Source of the DNA: Nitrospina sp. LS_NOB
GTDB taxonomy: Bacteria; Nitrospinota; Nitrospinia; Nitrospinales; VA-1
Assembly: GCA_001542995.1 (NCBI GenBank)
Contig: LFLA01000022.1
Location: forward strand, 92,587 to 156,586
Direction: 5' to 3'
DNA length: 64,000 bases
Part shown: positions 48,454 to 57,316 of the stretch, in pieces
How positions within the stretch are numbered: position 1 is the first letter of the stretch
How the letters are laid out: each line of letters opens with the position of its first letter
Notes under the pieces: generated by a model
The model's input: only the letters and a program-made list of their open reading frames with translations
Databases searched by the model: none
What the model was told of the DNA's origin: nothing
Made by a program: the position numbers and the translations under genes

Positions 48454-48531
48454 CGGGACGTAGCGCAGCCTGGTTAGCGCACTTGACTGGGGGTCAAGGG
48501 GTCGGAGGTTCAAATCCTCTCGTCCCGACCA
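48454..48531 (+). tRNA. tRNA-Pro (anticodon GGG), CCA encoded
   Basis: Hand-folded cloverleaf. Acceptor CGGGACG/CGUCCCG, D arm GCGC-AGCCUGGUUA-GCGC, anticodon arm CUUGA-CUGGGGG-UCAAG, T arm GGAGG-UUCAAAU-CCUCU, discriminator A, CCA. Confidence 0.9.
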
Positions 48532-48585
48532 TTTTATATGAGGGCTTATGGGGTTTCCCCCGTAGGCCCTTATTTTTTTTGGGGA

Positions 48586-49524
48586 TTAAGTTTCCTTGGA
48601 TTTGGTTTTTTCCTGGATGGCGTTGAACACCGATAAGGCCTGCGCCACCATGGAACCAGCATCACCCGTTTGGGCCGGTAACAAAATAGTATTGGATTCT
48701 TTGGCGAGATTGGAAAAGGCTTCAATATACTGTTCAGCTAATTTGAGAGCCACTGCTTTTTCGCCACCGGCTTTATCTATTGATGCGGCGACCATTTCGA
48801 TACCCTCTGCCGTGGCCTTGGCCACGGCCAGTATCGCCTCGGCCTCTCCCTTTGCCCGGTTGATCTGGTCGGTCATGGCCGCTTCAGATTTCAACACCAC
48901 TTCCTGTTTGATTCCTTCAGCAATATTGATCTGCGATTGTCGTTTTCCTTCGGAATCCAAAACTTCTGCCCGCTTTTGACGTTCCGCCGCAACCTGCAGT
49001 TCCATGGCCGTACGCACATTAGCGGGCGGAGTTATATCTTTAATCTCATAACGCAGACACTGAATGCCCCATACACTGGACGCTTCGTTGATGGACTGGA
49101 CAATATTTGTGTTCAATATTTCCCGTTCCTCAAAAGTTTTATCCAAGGTGATTTTGCCCAGCTCAGACCGCATCGTGGTTTGCGCCAGTTGGCTGATGGC
49201 ATAGAGAGGATCGCGCACTCCATAGGAGGCTTGTTTGGGATCGGTGATTTTCAAATACAGGATTCCATCGATCACCAGCGTCACATTGTCCTGAGTGATG
49301 GCAGATTGACTGGGAATATCGACGGCATTTTCCTTTAAGGAATGTTGGTAAGCGATCTTATCCACAAAAGGAATGATAAAGTGCAAGCCAGCAATCAGCG
49401 ATTCATTGTACCTTCCCAGTCTTTCTACGATCCAGACCTTTTGCTGAGGGACTAATTTAACGCCCTTAAAAACAAAGATAAATACAACAAAAGCAATGGC
49501 TAGAAGTAAATTTGGTATTTCCAT
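48586..49524 (-). CDS. SPFH/band 7 (stomatin-like) protein
   Basis: N-terminal TM segment, an SPFH core (VPQQKVWIVERLGRY...DNVTLVIDGILY) and a coiled-coil tail. Paired with an NfeD gene. Confidence 0.8.
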   Translation of the reverse strand: MEIPNLLLAIAFVVFIFVFKGVKLVPQQKVWIVERLGRYNESLIAGLHFIIPFVDKIAYQHSLKENAVDIPSQSAITQDNVTLVIDGILYLKITDPKQASYGVRDPLYAISQLAQTTMRSELGKITLDKTFEEREILNTNIVQSINEASSVWGIQCLRYEIKDITPPANVRTAMELQVAAERQKRAEVLDSEGKRQSQINIAEGIKQEVVLKSEAAMTDQINRAKGEAEAILAVAKATAEGIEMVAASIDKAGGEKAVALKLAEQYIEAFSNLAKESNTILLPAQTGDAGSMVAQALSVFNAIQEKTKSKET

Positions 49525-49588
49525 GACCCCTCCCTAATTTGGAAGATTCGCCTGCGAGTTTGTAAGCCCTCTTTCAAAGGCCCTAATA

Positions 49589-50056
49589 TTATTCTGTCGA
49601 TGATGGCCGAACAATCAGTATTCCCTGAGAAACTTCGGTGATGACGACTTCCGTGTCCAATGGAATTGGTCCCTCTAAACTATAATCTGCATCTACTTTG
49701 CACTTCATGATCGTTCCCGACCATTTCACTTTTCCCGTTTTGCCTTTAGCCAGATCTTCTCCATAAACAATTGCTGTTGAACCCACCATATCCTTATAAC
49801 CACCATCTTTTCCCTTTAGGAATTTTTTCAGGGGCTTCCACAACAAACCTGTCCAAACTCCGGTAAGAGCAAAAAACAGCATAAATTGATGGGTCGGCTC
49901 TATTACCCTCCCCGTGACAAGAACCGCCCCGACGCTGATCGCACCCAAACCGGCAAACAGAAAACCTATCCCTTCCAGAACCACAATCTCCAGGAAAATA
50001 AAAAAAGCACCCGCGATCAACCAGTTGGTACCGTGACTGAAATCCAGTGTTTCCAT
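49589..50056 (-). CDS. NfeD family membrane protein
   Basis: Three or four TM segments followed by a C-terminal OB-like soluble domain (GKVKWSGTIMKCK...). Classic partner upstream of a stomatin gene. Confidence 0.7.
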   Translation of the reverse strand: METLDFSHGTNWLIAGAFFIFLEIVVLEGIGFLFAGLGAISVGAVLVTGRVIEPTHQFMLFFALTGVWTGLLWKPLKKFLKGKDGGYKDMVGSTAIVYGEDLAKGKTGKVKWSGTIMKCKVDADYSLEGPIPLDTEVVITEVSQGILIVRPSSTE

Positions 50057-50338
50057 AAAGTCTTCCCTTTGGCACTTTATCTATGAGAGCAATAATCCTT
50101 TAGGTCCCGAACCATCCTTTTCCCTAATCCGAACTGGTCAAATTCTGCTATAAATATCCCCCGTTTGCAAACCTTATTGCCGTGCTATCGCGGGTCAAAA
50201 CTGCTGCTATCACGCTTTAGAAAGTAAAAATGAGGACTATTTCAGTGGTCCATCAAAAAATTTAGGCAACACCTAAAGTTTGCCATCCATATGACGATTA
50301 GATTAATAGCACCTTTAGGACAAAAAAAGGAGAAAGTC

Positions 50339-50431
50339 ATGGTAAGAGACGACATAATCTTTTGGGGACTTAGTGCTTTTTTAGTAGCAGTCATTATGGT
50401 ATTAACGTTCAAACCGGCTGTATTCATTTAA
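50339..50431 (+). CDS. possible 30-aa single-TM small protein
   Basis: AAGGAG lies 7 nt upstream of the ATG. Sequence is MVRDDIIFWGLSAFLVAVIMVLTFKPAVFI. A terminator-like hairpin lies ~40 nt downstream. Confidence 0.3.
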   Translation: MVRDDIIFWGLSAFLVAVIMVLTFKPAVFI

Positions 50432-50468
50432 AGGAACCCCGGTAACGGTCTCGATAAATTCGGAAAAT

Positions 50469-50503
50469 AAAAAACCCGGCTCGCTCAAGCGAACCGGGTT
50501 TTT
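50469..50503. terminator. bidirectional Rho-independent terminator
   Basis: A6 run, then CCCGGCTCGC-TCAA-GCGAACCGGG, then T5. It sits downstream of the - strand lipoprotein gene and of the + strand small ORF. Confidence 0.65.
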
Positions 50504-50531
50504 ACTGTTAATGGCTGTAGGACAATAAAGG

Positions 50532-50696
50532 TTAATAATCCCCTTTGGTTTCGTCCACTCCCATCCTCTTAAGATCTTCTTTGCTCCATCCTTTCGAGCT
50601 TCCGGAATCACTGCTTGAACCACCTGTTTGAACTCCAGCGCAACCGCTAACTACAAACATCAACACCAACGCGCACAAAAACATTTTCACTTTCAT
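50532..50696 (-). CDS. small lipoprotein
   Basis: GGAGGAGAAAATG start. MKVKMFLCALVLMFVVSGC lipobox, then a Ser/Gly-rich mature part. Confidence 0.6.
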   Translation of the reverse strand: MKVKMFLCALVLMFVVSGCAGVQTGGSSSDSGSSKGWSKEDLKRMGVDETKGDY

Positions 50697-50914
50697 TTTC
50701 TCCTCCGAGTCTCGAAGTAAACTAGTTTTACCGCCGATAAACGCTCTAATAAATAAAATGCGAATCGGAGTTTTTTCGCACAAAATCATTGTGCTCGCAC
50801 CCCTGCTTGATCACCAAACTCCCTAACTATATATTTTTCAGCAATTATGCTATTCTGATTGTCTCAGATTATAACAGAAAATTCCCGATTCGTCTTTAAC
50901 GATCCACAAACGGG

Positions 50915-51448
50915 GTGAAATTCATGAAAAACTGGTTCATGCTGTCTCTAATTGGACTCGACCAGCCCAGCATGGTCGCTCGCCTGAGTGCCGGACTCTG
51001 TAAAAATGGCTGTAACCTGGGCGACTCTTCCATGGTCCGGTTGGGAAACTATTTCACCATCATGCTGATGGTTGAGCATGAACGCGGAAAGGAGTCCTTG
51101 GAGTCCATCATTGCTTCCATTTGCGAACCCCTGAAACTCAACGCCCATTTAGTCGAACTGGAAGATGGAACCCAACACCATTGCGAACCGGATGTAAGAA
51201 TCAGCCTGTTCGCTGAAGACCGAATGGGAATTGTGGAAGATGCCACCACACCACTGGCCCAGGCCGGATTAAATATCCTGCATCTTGAGTCCAATGTCGG
51301 GGACGCTGAAGAGTCGGGCACCTATTATATCCATCTCGAAGGCACCGTTTCCAAGGGGTTGGATACCCTCTATGAAATTCTGGAAAAGCTGGAAAAAGAA
51401 AAGGGCATCAAGTCCCACTTGATCCCCATCAATGCTCAGGTCACCTGA
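50915..51448 (+). CDS. tandem ACT-domain protein (GcvR-like)
   Basis: Two ACT-like halves (LSLIGLDQPSMVARLS... and ISLFAEDRMGIVEDAT...). The start could be the GTG at 50915 or the ATG at 50924. Confidence 0.6.
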   Translation: MKFMKNWFMLSLIGLDQPSMVARLSAGLCKNGCNLGDSSMVRLGNYFTIMLMVEHERGKESLESIIASICEPLKLNAHLVELEDGTQHHCEPDVRISLFAEDRMGIVEDATTPLAQAGLNILHLESNVGDAEESGTYYIHLEGTVSKGLDTLYEILEKLEKEKGIKSHLIPINAQVT

Positions 51449-51616
51449 CTTTCAAGACGTGCAGGAAATATTTTCAGAGGGGTTCAGCGACTTGAAGAAA
51501 TTTTTCTAGCTACCCCCTCCGGGGAAGGAACATAATGTTGGAAATATCACCGCCCCTGCGGCGAGCAGTTAAACCAGCGTATCGGCGCATTTTCCGGAAG
51601 TCTGGTCGCAGGGGTT

Positions 51617-51901
51617 GTGTTTTGGGTCCTGCCCACCCCGCCCTTCATGCCTATGATTCTGGGCGGATTGATAGGAATGTTCCTGGTTCTGCCACTAAAA
51701 ATCCTATTTATGCCCTTTTTTGGAGCATTTGAGGTAATGATTCCGATGGGAATCATCGGAATGGGAGTAGGAATGGCAACCGGGATGCTATCCCACCTTC
51801 CCGACCTGTCAGCAAATTTGGTTATCGCTGGGGGTGGCTTGATGGGATTTCTCGTTTCCACGGTCATCTATTTCTCCAACAAACGCCTTTCAGAAAAATG
51901 A
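51617..51901 (+). CDS. small hydrophobic membrane protein; start uncertain, possibly frameshifted from the ATG at 51535
   Basis: Gly/Met-rich TM segments. A better RBS (GGAAGGA) precedes the ATG at 51535, which is in another frame. Confidence 0.35.
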   Translation: MFWVLPTPPFMPMILGGLIGMFLVLPLKILFMPFFGAFEVMIPMGIIGMGVGMATGMLSHLPDLSANLVIAGGGLMGFLVSTVIYFSNKRLSEK

Positions 51902-52503
51902 ACTCCAAAAAACAATCTTATGACGGCGTAGCCCGCTTTTTTGACTTTTTTGCCAAGGGAGATATGGCCCGGTGGGGTCCCAGTCAACGCAGTCTGTTCA
52001 AAAACCTGCGTGGAAAAGTTCTCTATATAGGAATAGGAACCGGACAGGAAACCGTCAACTTCCCAGAAGGATTGGATATCACCGCAGTAGACCTGAGTTA
52101 TGAAATGCTCAAGCGGTCCCGGCAACGCGTCGCCAAACTATCCTGGAAAAATCAACCGCTGCCAGATGGATGCAGAGACCACCGCGTTTGCCGACAACAC
52201 CTTCGATACCGTAGTAACCTGTTGCGCCCTCTGCACCGTGAAACAACCGGTACTCTGTCTGGAAGAACTCAAGCGAGTGCTGAAACCCGACGGTAAACTG
52301 GTCATGTTTGAACATGTCTGAGCAAGAATCCGGTTTACGGCCTCGTCCTGAAACTCATGTCACTCATCACCGAAAAACTGCAAGGAACCTACCTCGACCG
52401 CAACACCGTCAGCAATGTCGAGTTGGCAGGATTCAAAATCCACTCGCATAAAAACATCTATCTTGATATCGTCAAAGCATTGGTAGGAAAACCCGCAGCA
52501 TAA
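51898..52503 (+). pseudogene. class I SAM-dependent methyltransferase with two opposite frameshifts
   Basis: VLYIGIGTGQE (motif I) is in frame 1. FDTVVTCCALCTV..LKPDGKLVMFEHV is in frame 2 (52100-52321). The C-terminus LSKNPVYGLV...VGKPAA returns to frame 1 and ends at 52503. Confidence 0.75.
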
Positions 52504-52516
52504 CCACAGAGGATTT

Positions 52517-52963
52517 TTGCTTGAAGAAGTTTACGCAAACAGGCAACGCCTCGGAAACAGGCAACGCCTGATGATACTCGGACTCGAAGACATACCCGGA
52601 GGCACACCCCTTGTTTCTTTCCTCCTCTGGTTGGGACTGTCCGGACTGTTTTATATGGTCTGCTATCTCGCCATTCTCAATGTTCTGGATGACCTGACGA
52701 AAAACAGCCTGCTGAAAATCCCGGCGATGCTCGGAGCAGCCATTCCATCAGCGGGGCTGATGGCGATCTTCCATTACAAACCCTTCGCGCTGGGAGCAGT
52801 AATTTGCATCACTAATTTTTACCGTGTCCGTGCCATGCAGACTTCAGAGAAATGGAAAGACCTCAAACCAAATCCTGCCCTCTTTTATGTCGCCAGCTAC
52901 GCTTATATTTTTCTACTGATGGCCCTGGCAATTTATATCCCCACCCTCGACTTCAGCCAATAG
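52517..52963 (+). CDS. hypothetical membrane protein
   Basis: Four hydrophobic segments. No recognisable motif. Confidence 0.4.
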   Translation: MLEEVYANRQRLGNRQRLMILGLEDIPGGTPLVSFLLWLGLSGLFYMVCYLAILNVLDDLTKNSLLKIPAMLGAAIPSAGLMAIFHYKPFALGAVICITNFYRVRAMQTSEKWKDLKPNPALFYVASYAYIFLLMALAIYIPTLDFSQ

Positions 52964-52997
52964 CTACTTGGCGTCGTAGGGCCAGCTAAAAAAACTT

Positions 52998-53013
52998 CCC
53001 CCTGATAAGGGGG
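52998..53013. repeat. C5/G5 hairpin (CCCCC-TGATAA-GGGGG) in a GC-rich intergenic patch
   Basis: Read directly from the sequence. Same C-arm/G-arm style as the hairpins at 58899-58920 and 58974-58995. Confidence 0.4.
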
Positions 53014-53170
53014 ATTGAGGGGGTTGCATTGCCCGTCTTTGCGAGGAGGCTTTAGCCAACGCGGCAATCTAGCCTCTGCCTGCCCGGCTGTCATCCTGAG
53101 CCTGTCGAAGGGTGAGGCCCTCGAAGCATCAAGACCACCTATCCATAAACCACTGATTTTTAAATAGTTA

Positions 53171-53199
53171 TTGACAATCCAGTGGAGCCGGATTATATT
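53171..53199 (+). promoter_or_regulatory. candidate strong sigma70-type promoter
   Basis: TTGACA (53171-53176), 17-nt spacer, TATATT (53194-53199). Confidence 0.45.
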
Positions 53200-53216
53200 A
53201 GCCCTTATTTAACTAT

Positions 53217-53513
53217 TTGATTTATATAGGCTTACCGATGATTCTCCACATATTTGAATGTTCCAAATGTCAGCGTCAGCAAAAGCATGTCACCTCTACC
53301 CCTTCTCCGCTGGGGCTTTCCTATATGTCCGATTGCGCCACCTGCGATCAGGTGATGACTTTTAAATTTATTCGTGAGGGAAACAGAAAAGAAGACTGGT
53401 ATTCAAACATCCTGCGACAAGTGCAACGGAAACGCACCGAGGAAAAATCCTTCACACCTAAAAGGAAGGACGATCAAATCGATGATGATAAAATCGACAA
53501 GGTAGCAATCTGA
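53217..53513 (+). CDS. small zinc-ribbon-like protein with basic/acidic tail
   Basis: CSKC ... CATC cysteine pairs. The start could be the ATG at 53238. Confidence 0.4.
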   Translation: MIYIGLPMILHIFECSKCQRQQKHVTSTPSPLGLSYMSDCATCDQVMTFKFIREGNRKEDWYSNILRQVQRKRTEEKSFTPKRKDDQIDDDKIDKVAI

Positions 53514-53564
53514 TTATTTTCAAAATCCCCGATAAAAAATTTTATCAAGAATAAAAAAAACCAA

Positions 53565-54074
53565 CTAGTTCAGGAGTCCTCGACAGCGGGCGATATAGGT
53601 GCGGTTAACATCGGCGTGGGGTTGAATTTCGAGGGCTTTTTGAAAACACCGAATAGCTTCTTCGTACCGTCGCAGATCAAACATACATAGTCCCATCCCA
53701 TTCAAGGCGCCAAAATGGTGCGGAATCTTTCGTAGCACTTCTTCACATTCTTTAACCGATTCTTCGTATTGTCCCATGATAAACAGGAGGGTTGCGAGTT
53801 TGTTATGCGCTTCAGAGAAATCCGGACATTTCTCGACCAGGGACCGGAACATTTCAAGAGCTTGCTCGTGTTGCTGACGATCCATCAACCGGGTTCCTTC
53901 ATTCAGTTCCTTCTCCATCTCAGCCCCCAATTGGCTATACCAGAGAATCCATAACCCCCGCGTGGCGTTCTCGCGAATGGAGGGGTCTTCACTCTTCAGG
54001 TCTGCTAGGTATTGCTCAGTTTTGTCCATGGTACAAATAAGTATAGCGGAGAACCTCCGCAGGCGTAACATCAT
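53565..54074 (-). CDS. TPR repeat protein
   Basis: Three or four 34-aa TPR units (AL..F...VE..PD..EAHN.LA...). An alternative start lies at 54029 (MDKTEQYL). Confidence 0.7.
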   Translation of the reverse strand: MMLRLRRFSAILICTMDKTEQYLADLKSEDPSIRENATRGLWILWYSQLGAEMEKELNEGTRLMDRQQHEQALEMFRSLVEKCPDFSEAHNKLATLLFIMGQYEESVKECEEVLRKIPHHFGALNGMGLCMFDLRRYEEAIRCFQKALEIQPHADVNRTYIARCRGLLN

Positions 54075-54413
54075 TCATCAGTTCTCATGGACCTTTGATG
54101 TCCCACCCCCACAAATCTCATGAGGCTGTGAAATCCTCCAACATTAGTTTTATGCCCTATAGGAGGGTGCTGGCGGCGGTTCGCCGCTTTTCCTAGGCTA
54201 AGGGGCTATCCCGTCGGTGCTCGCAGACGGATTTCAGTTCGACCAGGGCGTTGACAATACCGGAGATTTCAGCGATGAAGAAGTTGGGGTCAATGAGATT
54301 TTTTGACGCTGTAATTGCCCAGGCATAAACCGGCTCAGTTTTATCCCAAATTATTTTTCGGATACAATGAATTTCATTACTCCTTATAACTTATTCTTAC
54401 TAAAGCGTGAACC

Positions 54414-55946
54414 ATGCCAAAACCTAACAAGTTCCCCACGCAAATTCCTGGAATAAAAGTTACACAATGGCTAGAGGAATGGAATGAAATTCACTTTGAC
54501 AAGAAAACTTATAAGAAAAAACCAGAACCTTGTTTCTATATATTTTCTCTCTCTGCACCTATTTTACAAAGTTTAAGTGGAATATACCCCAGAACTACAA
54601 AAGGCGGCCAAAGACGTTCCCAAGATCTTGGAATCCAAAGGCAGCATGAAAAGCCTAGGTCCGAAGAAATTAACCAATTTATACACTTTGGTTTTCCTTG
54701 GTCAGATTTGAGCGAGAGGAAAAGGCGATCCCAAGAATTTTCTGATCTAAGAAAACCCGGTTGGTTGCCTACGGCAATTGTTGTAAACATTCTTATTCCA
54801 AATGATAAAAGGCAGGGGAAAAATATTTCTAAGGATGATTTGATCACTATTCAAGAAAAAAATTCAAACGTAAGTCTAAACCTTCCAAAGAACTTTAAGT
54901 TAGGTAGTTGGAAGCCTAAAGGGCTCCCTCCCATAGAAATTATTGACGGTCAGCATCGCTTATGGGCATTTGAGAAAACTAATCTAAAGGGTGACTTTGA
55001 ACTTCCAGTAGTTGCTTTTTATGGTCTAGATATAAGCTGGCAGGCTTACCTCTTTTGGACGATAAATATCAAACCCAAACGGATCAACCCAAGTCTTGCA
55101 TTTGATCTTTACCCACTCCTTCGAGCAGAAGACTGGCTGGACAAGTTTGAGGGCCATTCTATCTATCGTGAAACAAGAGCTCAGGAACTTACAGAGGTTT
55201 TATGGTCTTACCCTGAAAGCCCTTGGTATCAAAGAATTAATATGTTGGGGGAACGTGGTTTAAAAAAACCTATGGTCACACAAGCGTCTTGGATCCGATC
55301 TTTAATGGCAACCAATGTCAAATCCTACAAAGGCTCTAGGGTAAGAGTTGGAGGGCTTTTCGGTGCACCAACAGGCAAGCACGAAACCGTTATTGGCTGG
55401 AATCGGCCACAGCAGGCAGCATTTTTAATTTTAATGGGGCAAATTCTATTTGAAACGGTAACTAACTGCACAGAAAATTGGGCAAAAGCCTTAAGAAAAA
55501 ATGCTATGAAACCACTTTTCGGCAAAGAGGACCCGGCCTTACACGGACCACATACTCTGATTAATACAGACCAAGGTATTAGAGCAATTTTATATATATT
55601 CAACGACCTTTTTTATGTTCGAGCTAAGGAATTGAAACTTGAGAGCTGGTCATTTGGCTCAATTGAAACAGATGATACGACCATAAAAGAAGCACTTTCA
55701 TCCTTAAAAAACAGAAAAATGATTGTTAATTATTTTAGGGAAATTGCTAATTGTTTAAAAAAATTCGACTGGCGTACTTCAGCGGCATCCGGATTGACAG
55801 AAGACGAGCAAATTAGAAAATCGGCTTTCAGGGGAAGTGGGGGTTATAAAGTGCTTAGGATCCAATTATTAAAACCTTTATCCTTAGATAAAAAAGACGT
55901 TGGAAAAGCTAGTAAAGATGTTTTAGCGTACTTGGGTTCTAAATAA
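54414..55946 (+). CDS. DGQHR-domain (DndB / ParB-Srx fold-like) protein
   Basis: Literal motif PPIEIIDGQHRLWAF. Upstream basic blocks (GGQRRSQDLGIQRQH) are as in DndB-like proteins. At 510 aa it has a long C-terminal extension. Confidence 0.7.
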   Translation: MPKPNKFPTQIPGIKVTQWLEEWNEIHFDKKTYKKKPEPCFYIFSLSAPILQSLSGIYPRTTKGGQRRSQDLGIQRQHEKPRSEEINQFIHFGFPWSDLSERKRRSQEFSDLRKPGWLPTAIVVNILIPNDKRQGKNISKDDLITIQEKNSNVSLNLPKNFKLGSWKPKGLPPIEIIDGQHRLWAFEKTNLKGDFELPVVAFYGLDISWQAYLFWTINIKPKRINPSLAFDLYPLLRAEDWLDKFEGHSIYRETRAQELTEVLWSYPESPWYQRINMLGERGLKKPMVTQASWIRSLMATNVKSYKGSRVRVGGLFGAPTGKHETVIGWNRPQQAAFLILMGQILFETVTNCTENWAKALRKNAMKPLFGKEDPALHGPHTLINTDQGIRAILYIFNDLFYVRAKELKLESWSFGSIETDDTTIKEALSSLKNRKMIVNYFREIANCLKKFDWRTSAASGLTEDEQIRKSAFRGSGGYKVLRIQLLKPLSLDKKDVGKASKDVLAYLGSK

Positions 55947-57272
55947 ATGCCGCCTCTCAGATCCACGCTTAATAACGCCTCTAGAAGTGCAGTTCGCAAT
56001 TCATTTAAAAATCTAGAAAAACACTTTTCCGATAGAAGATGGATAGGCCCAAGAAATTACTATAAGACCGACTGCATAAACAGGTTAAGTAATTCTCCAA
56101 GGGAGTCTCAATTAGCTCAATATATTGCTGCATCTGCACCTGTTCATTGCATGGACGGTTGGGGTTTTATAGGAAGGGCTTTGGATTGTTTAGCAAAAGG
56201 AGACACCTATGTATCGAGGCACCTGGGATATTATGCCGAATTAAGAGCTACAATGGCTTTATTGGCGACTGAAGGAATTGGAATTTTTAACCAAAAACAT
56301 TTTATAATAAATGGTAACAACCAGTGCACCAGAATCTCTCAAAACATGGGAACCCATGACATGGCTTGGAGTGCTTTAGAGACCTGGGCAAACCTACCTC
56401 AATCCTCCAGTCTTTTGGGTGAAATTATTTCAAGTCACAGAATATCTTTAATGGATTGGATGATAGGATTTTTCCCTGGAGGAGGGTTTCCAACAATCGG
56501 AACGACTTGGTTAAAAGCATGGGGAGTAGATTTAAGAGAAATAAGTAATGATAGAGGAATTCGAAATGAAGCTAGTTATAGACCTACAAGGTTAAATAAT
56601 ATTGCGCCCCAGCCTCCTAATGAGTGCATACAATTTATCAATGAATTTTGGACCCTATTTGAACCAAGCGAAAGTTTACCATTTAGCAACCTCGACCAAC
56701 ATTTGGCGAGAGAAAGTTTAGATAAAATTTATAAAAGTATTACAGGAAAAAGACCAAATCCTGCTACTAAAAAATTCACCCAACTCATTAATTCAACGGT
56801 AAACCACTTTTTTGACCCCATCACCTCATTAGTCAGTAATAACTATTTGAAAAAATTTTTTACTAGAGCTGTTCAACCCGAGACGCCGAATTTGATTAAA
56901 TATGCTGAAAAGCCACCCTCGCTAACAGATCCAGACCTTCATTTCCAAATTATATCTCGTGCAGCTCTTCTTCTAAGAATAGCCACTGGAGCTACTGCCC
57001 AGCTATTTAAACATCAAAATCTAGACAAAATGAGTTTAGATTTTTGGTGGAAGCCACTAGGGGAGGAACGTGGTTTTTGGGAACCCGGCAATGAACCTAG
57101 TAATTTTTCTGACCTGTGGGCAGATCTAGAAGTGGTTTTGAATGAAGAAAAGAGTTGGAGAGAACAAGTGGGGAGTGCTCTTAGTTTTAATTCCTGGCAT
57201 AATAATAATTCGGATTGCATCCAAAAACTAGGAGGCTGCGAAAGAATTGCCTTATGGGGTTTCGGGTTTTAA
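55947..57272 (+). CDS. hypothetical 441-aa protein, no motif recognised
   Basis: The ATG immediately follows the TAA of the DGQHR gene. Clean ORF with the same AT-rich composition. Confidence 0.6.
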   Translation: MPPLRSTLNNASRSAVRNSFKNLEKHFSDRRWIGPRNYYKTDCINRLSNSPRESQLAQYIAASAPVHCMDGWGFIGRALDCLAKGDTYVSRHLGYYAELRATMALLATEGIGIFNQKHFIINGNNQCTRISQNMGTHDMAWSALETWANLPQSSSLLGEIISSHRISLMDWMIGFFPGGGFPTIGTTWLKAWGVDLREISNDRGIRNEASYRPTRLNNIAPQPPNECIQFINEFWTLFEPSESLPFSNLDQHLARESLDKIYKSITGKRPNPATKKFTQLINSTVNHFFDPITSLVSNNYLKKFFTRAVQPETPNLIKYAEKPPSLTDPDLHFQIISRAALLLRIATGATAQLFKHQNLDKMSLDFWWKPLGEERGFWEPGNEPSNFSDLWADLEVVLNEEKSWREQVGSALSFNSWHNNNSDCIQKLGGCERIALWGFGF

Positions 57273-57316
57273 ATTGTCAAAAACTATCCAGAACTAACTT
57301 ACCAGAACTAACTTAA

